A stretch of 32,000 nucleotides of DNA from Raphidiopsis brookii D9 (GTDB taxonomy: Bacteria > Cyanobacteriota > Cyanobacteriia > Cyanobacteriales > Nostocaceae). Both the position numbers and the translations under genes were made by a program. The stretch covers positions 30,001 through 62,000 of the forward strand of contig ACYB01000020.1 of assembly GCA_000175855.1 (NCBI GenBank). Reading direction: 5' to 3'. Below are positions 19,220 through 27,970 of this stretch, piece by piece. Under the pieces are notes generated by a model. That model made no database searches, was not told the DNA's origin, and worked only from the letters and a program-made list of their open reading frames with translations. Each line of letters starts with the position of its first letter. The first letter of the stretch is position 1.

Positions 19220-19263
19220 GTGCTGAGTGAACAAAAGACTGATAAAGATTTTTAACTCAGCAC
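19220..19263. repeat. Inverted repeat in the cruF-cruG intergenic region
   Basis: GTGCTGAGT (19220-19228) and ACTCAGCAC (19255-19263), a 9-bp perfect stem with 26-nt loop. Confidence 0.6.
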
Positions 19264-19295
19264 TGCGTCATAAATCTCTTTAGGGTATAAACATC

Positions 19296-20474
19296 TTGAT
19301 TATAGAAGCCAGCATTCCCCTAGAATTACCCCTAATATTGCTAGTGGTTCAGGTTCCAGCAGTACTAATTTTAATCTCACGGTTGCTGAAAGGACCAACA
19401 AGACACCCACCCATAGAACCACAACAACCCACACCCGATATGTTAGGAAGCGTAAGCGTGATTGTGCCGACTTTAAATGAAGCCCTACGCATCAGTCCTT
19501 TACTAACTGGTCTGAGTCAACAAAGCTACGAAGTTAGGGAAATAATTGTTGTTGATAGCAGATCCGAGGATGGCACTCCCGATTTAGTTAGAGCAGTACA
19601 ACAAAAAGATCCTCGATTTCGGGTTATGACAGATGACCCCCTACCTCCTGGTTGGGTAGGTCGTCCTTGGGCCTTACATAATGGCTTTTTGTTTAGCTGT
19701 GAGGAAAGCAAGTGGTTTTTGGGAATGGATGCGGACATTCAACCCCATCCAGGACTAGTAGCTAGTCTAGTTAGAACCGCTGAATCTGAAGGCTATGATT
19801 TGGTTTCCCTGTCTCCTCAGTTTATCCTTAAGTATCCTGGTGAATGTTGGTTGCAACCCTCCCTTTTATTGACACTATTATACAGATTTGATCCAGCTGG
19901 TACTTGTATATCCCAACCTGAAAGAGTAATGGCCAATGGGCAGTGTTTCCTATGTCGGCGCTCAGTTTTAGCCACTATGAATGGTTATACCAGTGCCAGG
20001 AGTTCCTTTTGTGATGATGTTACTTTGGCTCGCAATATTGCTGCTGCGGGGTTTAAAGTGGGTTTTTTAGATGGAGCTAGGGTTTTCCAAGTGCGAATGT
20101 ATGAGGGCGCCATGGAGACCTGGAAAGAATGGGGTCGTAGTTTGGATTTAAAGGATGCTTCCCCACCCGGTCAAGTTTGGGGAGATCTGTGGTTATTGTT
20201 CTGTGTTCAAGGTTTACCCTTACTGGTGATTTTAGCATTCTTGCTGGTTCCCCCTTCCCCCTATTTCCCTGCTTCCCTTCTATTGGCGTTAAATGTCTTT
20301 TTATTGATCATCCGCTTTGCTCTACTGCTGGCAATTTCTCCTTCCTATGACCGAAAAAATGCTTATGGTGGTTGGTTATTTTGGCTTTCACCTTTCTCTG
20401 ACCCTCTGGCAGTTCTACGCATCTTTTTGTCAACACTTCGCACCCCTAAAGAATGGCGTGGTAGAAAGTATTAG
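19296..20474 (+). CDS. cruG: CruG-like family 2 glycosyltransferase (myxol 2'-O-glycosyltransferase)
   Basis: SVIVPTLNEALRISPLLTGL, VVDSRSEDGTPDLV, PPGWVGRPWALHNGF, DADIQPHP; C-terminal hydrophobic segments; adjacent to cruF. Start codon (TTG 19296) uncertain. Confidence 0.87.
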   Translation: MIIEASIPLELPLILLVVQVPAVLILISRLLKGPTRHPPIEPQQPTPDMLGSVSVIVPTLNEALRISPLLTGLSQQSYEVREIIVVDSRSEDGTPDLVRAVQQKDPRFRVMTDDPLPPGWVGRPWALHNGFLFSCEESKWFLGMDADIQPHPGLVASLVRTAESEGYDLVSLSPQFILKYPGECWLQPSLLLTLLYRFDPAGTCISQPERVMANGQCFLCRRSVLATMNGYTSARSSFCDDVTLARNIAAAGFKVGFLDGARVFQVRMYEGAMETWKEWGRSLDLKDASPPGQVWGDLWLLFCVQGLPLLVILAFLLVPPSPYFPASLLLALNVFLLIIRFALLLAISPSYDRKNAYGGWLFWLSPFSDPLAVLRIFLSTLRTPKEWRGRKY

Positions 20475-20484
20475 TTAGTATTGA

Positions 20485-21414
20485 TTAATTATCATCCTTT
20501 TCCACTTGATCGCCCCTTTCCAGCTCCCACAAAATCTGATTCCCCTCACGTCTAACCCGTGACACTATCCAGTTTCGCCATCGCCATTGATCACCGCGAC
20601 TTGTCACGGCACTGGCATGAACATCCATTAAATCTGCTAGTTCAGAACTGGTGATTAAGTAACCTTTCTGGGCAATTTCGTCTGCAATCTTTAGGGTTTC
20701 CATGAGATTACGGATTTGTAAGATTCTCATTTCCGGGGGTTTTTCTTCCTGTGTCACCACAGATATTCCTGTTATTCCTGTAGATGGTTCCATAGTTCTT
20801 TCTTCCAATAAACAAGTTCTACCTTCCAACATATTTTCAGCAATTTTTGGTGATTTTGTTGGATAATCAGATACTTTTGTTACATCTCTTTGAGTTATTT
20901 GGGTTAAGGTTTCTTGACAATTAGTTAGCAACTGTTGGGGGGATAACTGTTGCAAAGGGGGAATTTTGCCACTCGCAAAAGAACGGGCAATAACATCGCA
21001 TCTTTCATTACCTATATTACCCGTATGTCCACGTACATGCTGCCACTTGACCAGATTGGTGTTTAGCTTGTCTATAACTTTTAGTAGATCTTGGTTTTGC
21101 ACCGAAGTGCCATCTGATTTTTTCCAACCCCTTTTTTTCCATCCATGTATCCATTTAGTCACACTGTTAATTAGATATTCGCTATCACTATACAGAGTAA
21201 TAGGTTCAACTTGTCCGGATTGAGCGAATAATTGAAGGGCTGCGATCGCAGCTTGGATTTCCATTTGATTGTTTGTAGTGTGATCAGATGCTTCCCCCAT
21301 TTCATGAATTGAACCATCATGAAAGTAAGCAACCACACCCCAACCACCAGGACCTGGGTTTCCCTTGCAAGCTCCATCAGTATATATACTTTTAATTATG
21401 CGTTGATTTGACAT
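20485..21414 (-). CDS. rnhA: Ribonuclease HI with about 130-aa C-terminal extension
   Basis: YTDGACKGNPGPGGWGVV, TNNQMEIQAAIAALQ, YSDSEYLINSVTKWIHGWKKRGW, WQHVRGHTGNIGNERCDVIA; C-terminus ...RILQIRNLMETLKIADEIAQKGYLITSSELADLMDVHASAVTSRGDQWRWRNWIVSRVRREGNQILWELER. Confidence 0.93.
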   Translation of the reverse strand: MSNQRIIKSIYTDGACKGNPGPGGWGVVAYFHDGSIHEMGEASDHTTNNQMEIQAAIAALQLFAQSGQVEPITLYSDSEYLINSVTKWIHGWKKRGWKKSDGTSVQNQDLLKVIDKLNTNLVKWQHVRGHTGNIGNERCDVIARSFASGKIPPLQQLSPQQLLTNCQETLTQITQRDVTKVSDYPTKSPKIAENMLEGRTCLLEERTMEPSTGITGISVVTQEEKPPEMRILQIRNLMETLKIADEIAQKGYLITSSELADLMDVHASAVTSRGDQWRWRNWIVSRVRREGNQILWELERGDQVEKDDN

Positions 21415-21461
21415 GATAATTGATTAAAAGTCTACTTGGAATTTATCCATATATCCTCCAG

Positions 21462-22025
21462 TTATTTTTGATGATGCAATTGGGACAAAGGAGTTGACAA
21501 TCCATCAATACTAACAAAATTTTGCTGCTGATGATATTCTCTAATACCTAGTTCGCCCTTTTTCATAGCCCAACTGATCAAAGTTTGTCTTTCTCCTTGG
21601 TATTCATAGAGTGGTACTCCAAAACCACAGGAAGTTTGTATTCTGTCAATATCCGCAACAATGATTTGTCTAGTTCCAACTATGGGAGGAAATAAAGAAT
21701 ACAATTGATCCCACTCATAATCATCAGGTAAAATAGTTCTTCCCTGACCATAGAGTCTGAGAATGCAGGGAGGTTCTTGGAAAGCACAAAACATGAAAGT
21801 AATTCTGCCATTTTCTAATAGATGAGCAGAGGTTTCGTTCCCACTACCCGTTAAATCTAAATAAGCAACCTGGTGGGGTGAAATGACTCGGAAACTCTCT
21901 AATCCCTTAGGAGAAACATTAACATGGCCCGTGGAACTTAAAGGAGCTGTGCCAACCATAAAGATATGCTGCTTGGCGATAAATCCTTGTAACTCCTCCG
22001 TAATAGAGTTAAAAACCTTAGCCAT
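21462..22025 (-). CDS. Pyridoxamine 5'-phosphate oxidase family (FMN-binding) protein
   Basis: HIFMVGTAPLSSTGHVNVSPKG, VAYLDLTGSGNETSAHLLENGRITFMFCAFQEPPCILRLYGQG, SCGFGVPLYEYQGER. Confidence 0.85.
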   Translation of the reverse strand: MAKVFNSITEELQGFIAKQHIFMVGTAPLSSTGHVNVSPKGLESFRVISPHQVAYLDLTGSGNETSAHLLENGRITFMFCAFQEPPCILRLYGQGRTILPDDYEWDQLYSLFPPIVGTRQIIVADIDRIQTSCGFGVPLYEYQGERQTLISWAMKKGELGIREYHQQQNFVSIDGLSTPLSQLHHQK

Positions 22026-22095
22026 AAATAATTGGGATTTGCTAATATTCTTGTTGAGAGGTTATTTTATAACCCTAGATTAACTGCTGATACAA

Positions 22096-23085
22096 ATGTC
22101 GTCAATATTTTTATCTCCCCCGATCCAAAAAATTCACAATCCCCTAGCGGACCATTTAAATATTGAGTTATATGTTTTACGATTAGACCTCATACATACG
22201 CAGATAAATGGTAATAAGTGGTTTAAGTTAAAGTACAATCTTTTGGAAGCAAAACATAGCCAATGCCACAGCTTGCTAACATTTGGTGGTGCATATTCCA
22301 ATCACATTTTTGCTACTGCAGCTGCGGGTAGGATTTTTGGCTTTGAAACTATTGGTGTCATCCGGGGAGAACCAACCCTACCTCTTAATCCTACTCTGCG
22401 CTTCGCTCAGGAACAAGGTATGAAATTATTGTATTGCGATCGCCAAACTTACCGACAACGTCATACGCAAGAAGTTCACGAAGAGTTCAAAAAACAGTTA
22501 CAAAGATCCTCAAATCAAACCTTTATTATTCCTGAAGGTGGTGCTAATTTAAATGGCGTGCGCGGGTGTATGGAAATCATGCAAGATATACAATTTTTTG
22601 ATATAATTTGCCTAGCTTGTGGTACAGCTAGCACCCTCACGGGAATTGCCCTATCACCCATACCAACAAGAATTGTGGGTTTTCCTGTATTGAAAGATGC
22701 CAAATTTTTAGAGGGGGAAATAGACAGATTAATCGGAGACTACCTACACTCTAATCTACCTGCTTTGGTAAATTATCCTACGTCTTGGCAATTAATCTAT
22801 GATTACCATTTTGGCGGATACGGAAAAATAGATCAACAACTAATTCAATTCTGTCACCAATTCTATCAAGAACATCATATACCACTCGATTATATATACA
22901 CGGGTAAAATGTTTTATGGAGTTATAGACTTATTAAAACAAGGATTTTTCCCACCTAGTAAAATATTACTAATACATACTGGTGGATTACAGGGAAATTT
23001 AGGAATAGAGGAAAACCTCACCCAAAAAAGCGATAATGCCTCCCTTAGATCATGCAGAAAAGAGTCAATTCCTGAACAGTTTTAG
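22096..23085 (+). CDS. 1-aminocyclopropane-1-carboxylate deaminase / D-cysteine desulfhydrase family PLP enzyme
   Basis: RLDLIHTQINGNKWFKLKYNL (PLP-Lys region), LLTFGGAYSNHIFATAAAG, IPEGGANLNGVRG, LACGTASTLTGIA, YIYTGKMFYGVIDL, ILLIHTGGLQG. Confidence 0.9.
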   Translation: MSSIFLSPPIQKIHNPLADHLNIELYVLRLDLIHTQINGNKWFKLKYNLLEAKHSQCHSLLTFGGAYSNHIFATAAAGRIFGFETIGVIRGEPTLPLNPTLRFAQEQGMKLLYCDRQTYRQRHTQEVHEEFKKQLQRSSNQTFIIPEGGANLNGVRGCMEIMQDIQFFDIICLACGTASTLTGIALSPIPTRIVGFPVLKDAKFLEGEIDRLIGDYLHSNLPALVNYPTSWQLIYDYHFGGYGKIDQQLIQFCHQFYQEHHIPLDYIYTGKMFYGVIDLLKQGFFPPSKILLIHTGGLQGNLGIEENLTQKSDNASLRSCRKESIPEQF

Positions 23086-23175
23086 CTTATTATTTTATGT
23101 CTAAATGCCAAGAATTCTGTTGACTGCTTTCATGTAATCACCTATATTATAAAAGATCCATCACAAGATATTTTT

Positions 23176-23568
23176 ATGACTCATCAAGTTATCCGTACTG
23201 AGAAAGCGCCCGCACCAGTTGGTCCTTATAACCAAGCCATTGTAGCTACTGGTAAGATGGTGTTCGTAGCTGGACAAATACCCATAGACCCAGTTTTAGG
23301 AGATGTAGTTCATACCACTGACATCACTAAACAAACGGAACAGGTAATGAGCAATCTTGAGGCTATTCTCGCTCAAGCAGGTGCCACCTTTAACGATGTG
23401 GTTAAAACTAGTGTGTTCTTGTCTAATATGCAAGACTTTGCGGCCATGAATGCAGTTTATGCTCGCTACTTTTTAAACGAATTTGCTCCTGCACGCGCAT
23501 GTGTGCAGGTTTCCCGTTTACCTAAGGATGTATTGGTAGAAATTGAGTGTATTGCTATGATTAGTTAG
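23176..23568 (+). CDS. ridA: RidA family protein (enamine/imine deaminase, YjgF/YER057c/UK114)
   Basis: [66 protein letters not shown]...[23 protein letters not shown]. Confidence 0.95.
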   Translation: MTHQVIRTEKAPAPVGPYNQAIVATGKMVFVAGQIPIDPVLGDVVHTTDITKQTEQVMSNLEAILAQAGATFNDVVKTSVFLSNMQDFAAMNAVYARYFLNEFAPARACVQVSRLPKDVLVEIECIAMIS

Positions 23569-23577
23569 GACTTAATT

Positions 23578-24585
23578 CTACAGATGTCTTTTCTGATGCC
23601 AGTTCCAAGCATGGGAGACAATCTGTTTGATATCAGGGTATACCGGTTGCCAACCCAGTATTTTTCTAGCTTTCTCACTGCTGCCAATAAGAATTGGAGG
23701 ATCTCCAGGACGGCGATCGCACTCAGTAATGGGTATATTTTTACCTGTAACTTCCTCCGCAGCAGCGATGACTTCTCTGACGGAAAAACCGTTGCCATTA
23801 CCCAAGTTAAAAACCGTACTAGTGCCCCCCTGGAGTAGATATTCCAGACCCAAAATATGGGCAGTTGCTAGGTCAGTGACGTGAATATAATCACGAATAC
23901 AAGTGCCATCGGGGGTAGGATAATCAGTACCAAAAATTGAAATTGAAGACCTTTGACCCAAGGCGGTTTGCAATATAAGTGGGATTAAATGGGTTTCTGG
24001 GTTATGGTCTTCCCCCAAGATTCCAGTAGGATCAGCACCAGCGGCGTTAAAGTAACGGAAGGATACAGACTTTAACCCGTATGCAACATCAAAATCCGAG
24101 AGTATCCTTTCTACCATAAGTTTAGTAGCTCCATAGGGATTAATCGGATTCTGGGGATGTTCTTCCGTGAGGGGAATAAACTGGGGTACCCCGTAAGTGG
24201 CACAGGTGGAAGAGAAAATAAACTTGTTAATACCATATTCCAACATTGTTTCTAAAAGACTTAAAGTTGCTGCTACGTTGTTACGATAGTACTTGGCGGG
24301 GTTGACAACTGATTCACCTACGTAGGCGTATGCTGAGAAATGCATAACAACTCCCACCTTATACCGTTGAAATATGGAATTTAAGAGGGGAGTGTCTTGT
24401 ATATCTCCTTGAATAAGTTCTACCTGTAACACCTGTTGAACTAGATCCCGGTGACCATAGGCCAAATTATCCAGAACAAGAACATGATAACCATCTTGTA
24501 ATAGGGCTTTGACTGCATGGGAACCTATGTAACCTGCTCCACCTGTGACCAGGACTGTGGGTTTTGAAGTTGGGAAAATAGACAT
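23578..24585 (-). CDS. galE: UDP-glucose 4-epimerase
   Basis: VLVTGGAGYIGSHAVKALLQDGYHVLVLDNL, STCATYG, NPYGATKLMVE, YFNAAGADP, GTCIRDYIHVTDLA. MSIFPTSKPTVLV start at 24585 preferred over 24669. Confidence 0.95.
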   Translation of the reverse strand: MSIFPTSKPTVLVTGGAGYIGSHAVKALLQDGYHVLVLDNLAYGHRDLVQQVLQVELIQGDIQDTPLLNSIFQRYKVGVVMHFSAYAYVGESVVNPAKYYRNNVAATLSLLETMLEYGINKFIFSSTCATYGVPQFIPLTEEHPQNPINPYGATKLMVERILSDFDVAYGLKSVSFRYFNAAGADPTGILGEDHNPETHLIPLILQTALGQRSSISIFGTDYPTPDGTCIRDYIHVTDLATAHILGLEYLLQGGTSTVFNLGNGNGFSVREVIAAAEEVTGKNIPITECDRRPGDPPILIGSSEKARKILGWQPVYPDIKQIVSHAWNWHQKRHL

Positions 24586-24803
24586 AATTTGCTCCTGATG
24601 TATGATTTGTGCTGCGTCCAGGTTTATGCTTAGCTGGGAAATTACGGTTTGACTATAAAATAAACCCATTGGTGGTAAAACTTGGGGTTTGGGAGTAAAA
24701 AGTTATTTAGGCTTTTGACTCTGAGATGAATTTTTTGGCCACCTGTAATGCTATATGTAATTCTCCAGACTAGCTGTACAAAAAATAGAGAGTTGATTTA
24801 TTT

Positions 24804-25433
24804 ATGTTTCAATTATTAAGCCGGGTTTTACTATGGCTATTAATTGGGGTTATTGCCTACTCCCTGTTCCAAAAATTCTACCCCACGGTTAACTTTGTGG
24901 GTAGGATTGTGGTGGGACTAATAATTTCCGTGTTGGCTTTGGCATTTTTCAATCCAGGTGAACCTGTAGTTGCTTCTCTGTGGCGATTTATTTCTTTTCC
25001 CCTCAAACCATTGGGAGCATCAGCTTTGCTATTAATTATTGCTGCTCAAAAAATCAAGGGAGGTAGCATAGAAAAACCTGGAGGATATTTGTTAGGATGG
25101 TCATTAGCGATTTTATTATTTTCTAGCACCCCTGCTATTGCCTACTTTTTAGTGAGAATCCCCATTGCTTCTATGCTACCTAGTCCCGTATTAGTGTCAT
25201 CCTTGCCACCGGATATAGGCAATAATATTACATCTGATGTAGTAAGTAGTAGTGTATTAAATAGTGCTAGTGTTAACATCCCATCCTATCTGTTACAAAC
25301 CCCTCAAGTAATTAGTAATAGAGGACTGAGGGTGGAGGATTTTGTGCCAAGTGCGGAAACCCTACAACTCACCACCCAGGTTTGGGAAAGTTATCTCAAT
25401 CAAATTTATGTTTTCTTGCGTGGGCGCTCTTAA
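24804..25433 (+). CDS. Hypothetical membrane protein
   Basis: Intact 209-aa ORF with four or more hydrophobic segments; no family recognised. Confidence 0.6.
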   Translation: MFQLLSRVLLWLLIGVIAYSLFQKFYPTVNFVGRIVVGLIISVLALAFFNPGEPVVASLWRFISFPLKPLGASALLLIIAAQKIKGGSIEKPGGYLLGWSLAILLFSSTPAIAYFLVRIPIASMLPSPVLVSSLPPDIGNNITSDVVSSSVLNSASVNIPSYLLQTPQVISNRGLRVEDFVPSAETLQLTTQVWESYLNQIYVFLRGRS

Positions 25434-25605
25434 TCTGCAAAGATCTAGAGACTTGGCAGGTTTGACACCCCACCGCTATGGAACCGGGGAGATTATTTGG
25501 GAGATTCTTGCTTAGTCAGTAGAGTTCTCTCAACCTGGTAAACTCCCCACCTATCTTCTTCTGAGTATATGGTGGTACAACTATAGGTATTAAACATAAA
25601 AATTA

Positions 25606-27417
25606 ATGGTGAAATCTCGAAGACTTGCTCAACTTGGTAACTATTTACGTCCCCATTGGAAAGAAACATTATTGGGCGTTATTGCTCTGTTGTCTGTCAA
25701 TGGCTTAGGAGTCTATATACCTCTGCTTATCCGCTCTGGTGTTGCTACCTTATCTACTAATTTTAGATTTAATCAAATTCTATATTATGCAGTAGTTATT
25801 GTTCTGCTCAGTTCTGCCATGTGGATGATGCGTATGGCTTCCCGCATCTGGATTTTTGGTGTTGGTCGTCAGGTAGAATTTGAACTAAAGCAACGGATTT
25901 TTGAACATTTACTCAAGCTAGAACCCGCTTACTTTACTATTAACCCTCCCGGGGATTTGATTACTCGAACTACCAGTGATGTGGAAAATATCCGCCGACT
26001 TTTGGGGTTTGCAGTATTAAGTCTGGTAAATACTGTATTCGCCTATTCTATGACCATACCAATCATGCTATCTATCAACATGGAGTTGACCCTAGCAGCT
26101 TTGGTTGTTTATCCGGTAATGTTATTTTTAGTGCATACTTTTAGCGATCGCCTGCGTGAAGAACAAGCAGCAGTACAGGAAAAACTTTCGGATATAAGTG
26201 AATTAATTCAGGAGGATATGAGCGGGATTTCATTAATTAAAATCTATGCTCAAGAGGAAAATGAACGTCGAGCCTTCCAAAATAAAAACCGGGCTTTACT
26301 AAAGGCGAATTTAACACTAGCTAAAACTAGAAGCACCCTGTTCCCCATGATTGGTGGACTAGCAAATATCAGTTCTCTGATCATTATTTGGTTAGGGACA
26401 ATGCGCATATCTTCGGGGAATTTAGCCGTGGGAGATTTTTTAGCTCTCCTGATTTATGTGGAACGATTAGTTTTTCCTACTGCGCTACTAGGTTTTACAA
26501 TTACTGCTTACCAAAGGGGTGAAGTTAGCATTGATAGACTGGAGTCTATTTTCAGTGTCACTCCTCAAATTGAAGATGGACCGGAGGCGATTTCCCTAGA
26601 TATAAATAAGGTTAAGGGAGAAATCACCGCTAGTAATTTTAGTTATACCTATCCAGGTAGTAAGATTGCTGCTTTGACAGGCGTCAACTTTAATATTAGC
26701 CCGGGAGAAATGATCGCAGTTGTGGGAGCAATTGGCTCTGGCAAATCAACTCTAGCTAATGCGTTACCTAGGTTACTAGACATTGAAGAGGGACAATTAT
26801 TCTTGGATGGGTGGGATATTACAAAAATATCATTAAATGATTTGCGAGCTGCAATTGCCTATGTACCACAGGATAGTTTTTTGTTCAGCACTAGTATTAG
26901 GAATAATATCTCCTATGGTGACCTTGTAACTGAACAAGAAGAACTAGGTAGTGCTGCCAATTTAGCCAAGAATAGACTTAGGGGGAGGTTTGAACAAGAA
27001 AGAGTAGAAAATGTTGCCAATCTGGTTCATATCGCAGGAGAAATTAAGAACTTTCCTCAACAATATGACACCCTGGTAGGTGAAAGGGGAATCACCCTGT
27101 CAGGAGGTCAAAGACAACGTACTGCTTTAGCTAGAGCCATGTTAGTTGATGCTCCGGTATTAATTTTAGATGATGCTCTTTCTAGTGTGGATAATGAAAC
27201 AGCTACCCAGATTCTGCAAAACCTTGCCCGGGGCAAAAAACGGAAAACTGTAATTTTGATCACCCATCAACTTGCTGCTGCTGCTAGTGCTGATAGAATT
27301 ATGGTTATGGAAAAGGGTAAAATTGTGCAAATTGGTAAACACTCGGATTTGGTAGAACAACCTGGACTATACCAAAAGTTATGGAGTCAGCATCAAATGG
27401 AACAGTTATTACAATAA
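25606..27417 (+). CDS. ABC exporter (fused permease and ATPase, MdlB/MsbA-like)
   Basis: N-terminal TM domain; Walker A GAIGSGKST, Q-loop AYVPQDSFLF, signature LSGGQRQRTALARAML, Walker B VLILDDALSSVD, H-loop ITHQL. Confidence 0.95.
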   Translation: MVKSRRLAQLGNYLRPHWKETLLGVIALLSVNGLGVYIPLLIRSGVATLSTNFRFNQILYYAVVIVLLSSAMWMMRMASRIWIFGVGRQVEFELKQRIFEHLLKLEPAYFTINPPGDLITRTTSDVENIRRLLGFAVLSLVNTVFAYSMTIPIMLSINMELTLAALVVYPVMLFLVHTFSDRLREEQAAVQEKLSDISELIQEDMSGISLIKIYAQEENERRAFQNKNRALLKANLTLAKTRSTLFPMIGGLANISSLIIIWLGTMRISSGNLAVGDFLALLIYVERLVFPTALLGFTITAYQRGEVSIDRLESIFSVTPQIEDGPEAISLDINKVKGEITASNFSYTYPGSKIAALTGVNFNISPGEMIAVVGAIGSGKSTLANALPRLLDIEEGQLFLDGWDITKISLNDLRAAIAYVPQDSFLFSTSIRNNISYGDLVTEQEELGSAANLAKNRLRGRFEQERVENVANLVHIAGEIKNFPQQYDTLVGERGITLSGGQRQRTALARAMLVDAPVLILDDALSSVDNETATQILQNLARGKKRKTVILITHQLAAAASADRIMVMEKGKIVQIGKHSDLVEQPGLYQKLWSQHQMEQLLQ

Positions 27418-27423
27418 TGCAAT

Positions 27424-27458
27424 CTCCCTATTGGTGCAAGACACCAATAGGGAGTTTT
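27424..27458. terminator. Rho-independent-type terminator between convergent ABC exporter and small ORF
   Basis: CTCCCTATTGGTG-CAAGA-CACCAATAGGGAG-TTTT: 13-bp perfect stem, 5-nt loop, T4 tail on the + strand. Confidence 0.85.
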
Positions 27459-27482
27459 CAGGTAGGGTATGTTTTTAAAAAC

Positions 27483-27722
27483 CTACATTTTTCCCTTTAC
27501 CATTACCTGTTGCAGATGCTGACGAATTTCATGGGCTTCATCAATTTCTGATTGACGTAACTTTTCAAATAGTTCTACACAAGGTTGGGAATTTACTTCT
27601 TTTGCGTCTTTAATATATTGTTCATAGGCCTGAACTGCTGCAGCTTTATTGTGCAAGACGGTGATGAAATCATATTCTAAATTGCTAATTGGTTCTTGGA
27701 TTTTTGTCTTAGCAGTAGTCAT
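27483..27722 (-). CDS. Small hypothetical protein (79 aa)
   Basis: MTTAKTKIQEPISNLEYDFITVLHNKAAAVQAYEQYIKDAKEVNSQPCVELFEKLRQSEIDEAHEIRQHLQQVMVKGKM; helical, charged, followed by a shared terminator hairpin. Confidence 0.65.
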   Translation of the reverse strand: MTTAKTKIQEPISNLEYDFITVLHNKAAAVQAYEQYIKDAKEVNSQPCVELFEKLRQSEIDEAHEIRQHLQQVMVKGKM

Positions 27723-27858
27723 GAGTTTTGATTCCTTTTAGTTATTGATTGCATTTACTTCATAAATACTTAATTTGTTCCTTGATTGCATCTCTCCAAA
27801 ATAGGAAAAAAATATCCGATTGTACCACCTTTAGATAGAAGACTTGTGACATACTCCA

Positions 27859-27882
27859 CACACTCCCCTGCAGGTGAGTGTG
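27859..27882. repeat. GC-rich hairpin, possible IS200/IS605-type end remnant
   Basis: CACACTCCCCTGCAGGTGAGTGTG: 7-bp stem, one mismatch, then further inner pairing. It is embedded in ...AGAAGCCCACACTCACCTGCAGGGGAGTGTGTGGAGTATGTCAC... (reverse strand). Confidence 0.4.
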
Positions 27883-27970
27883 GGCTTCTGGGCGACTCCT
27901 ATATGAGGACATTGACAGCATTTACATAGTTACGCGGGAACCGAAAAGCTTCATTTCTTATGTGCAAATC

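Noticed and set aside
20966-21377. ORFs 20966..21223 (+) and 21171..21377 (-) overlapping rnhA
   Set aside because: They lie within the clear RNase HI catalytic domain coding region in other frames.
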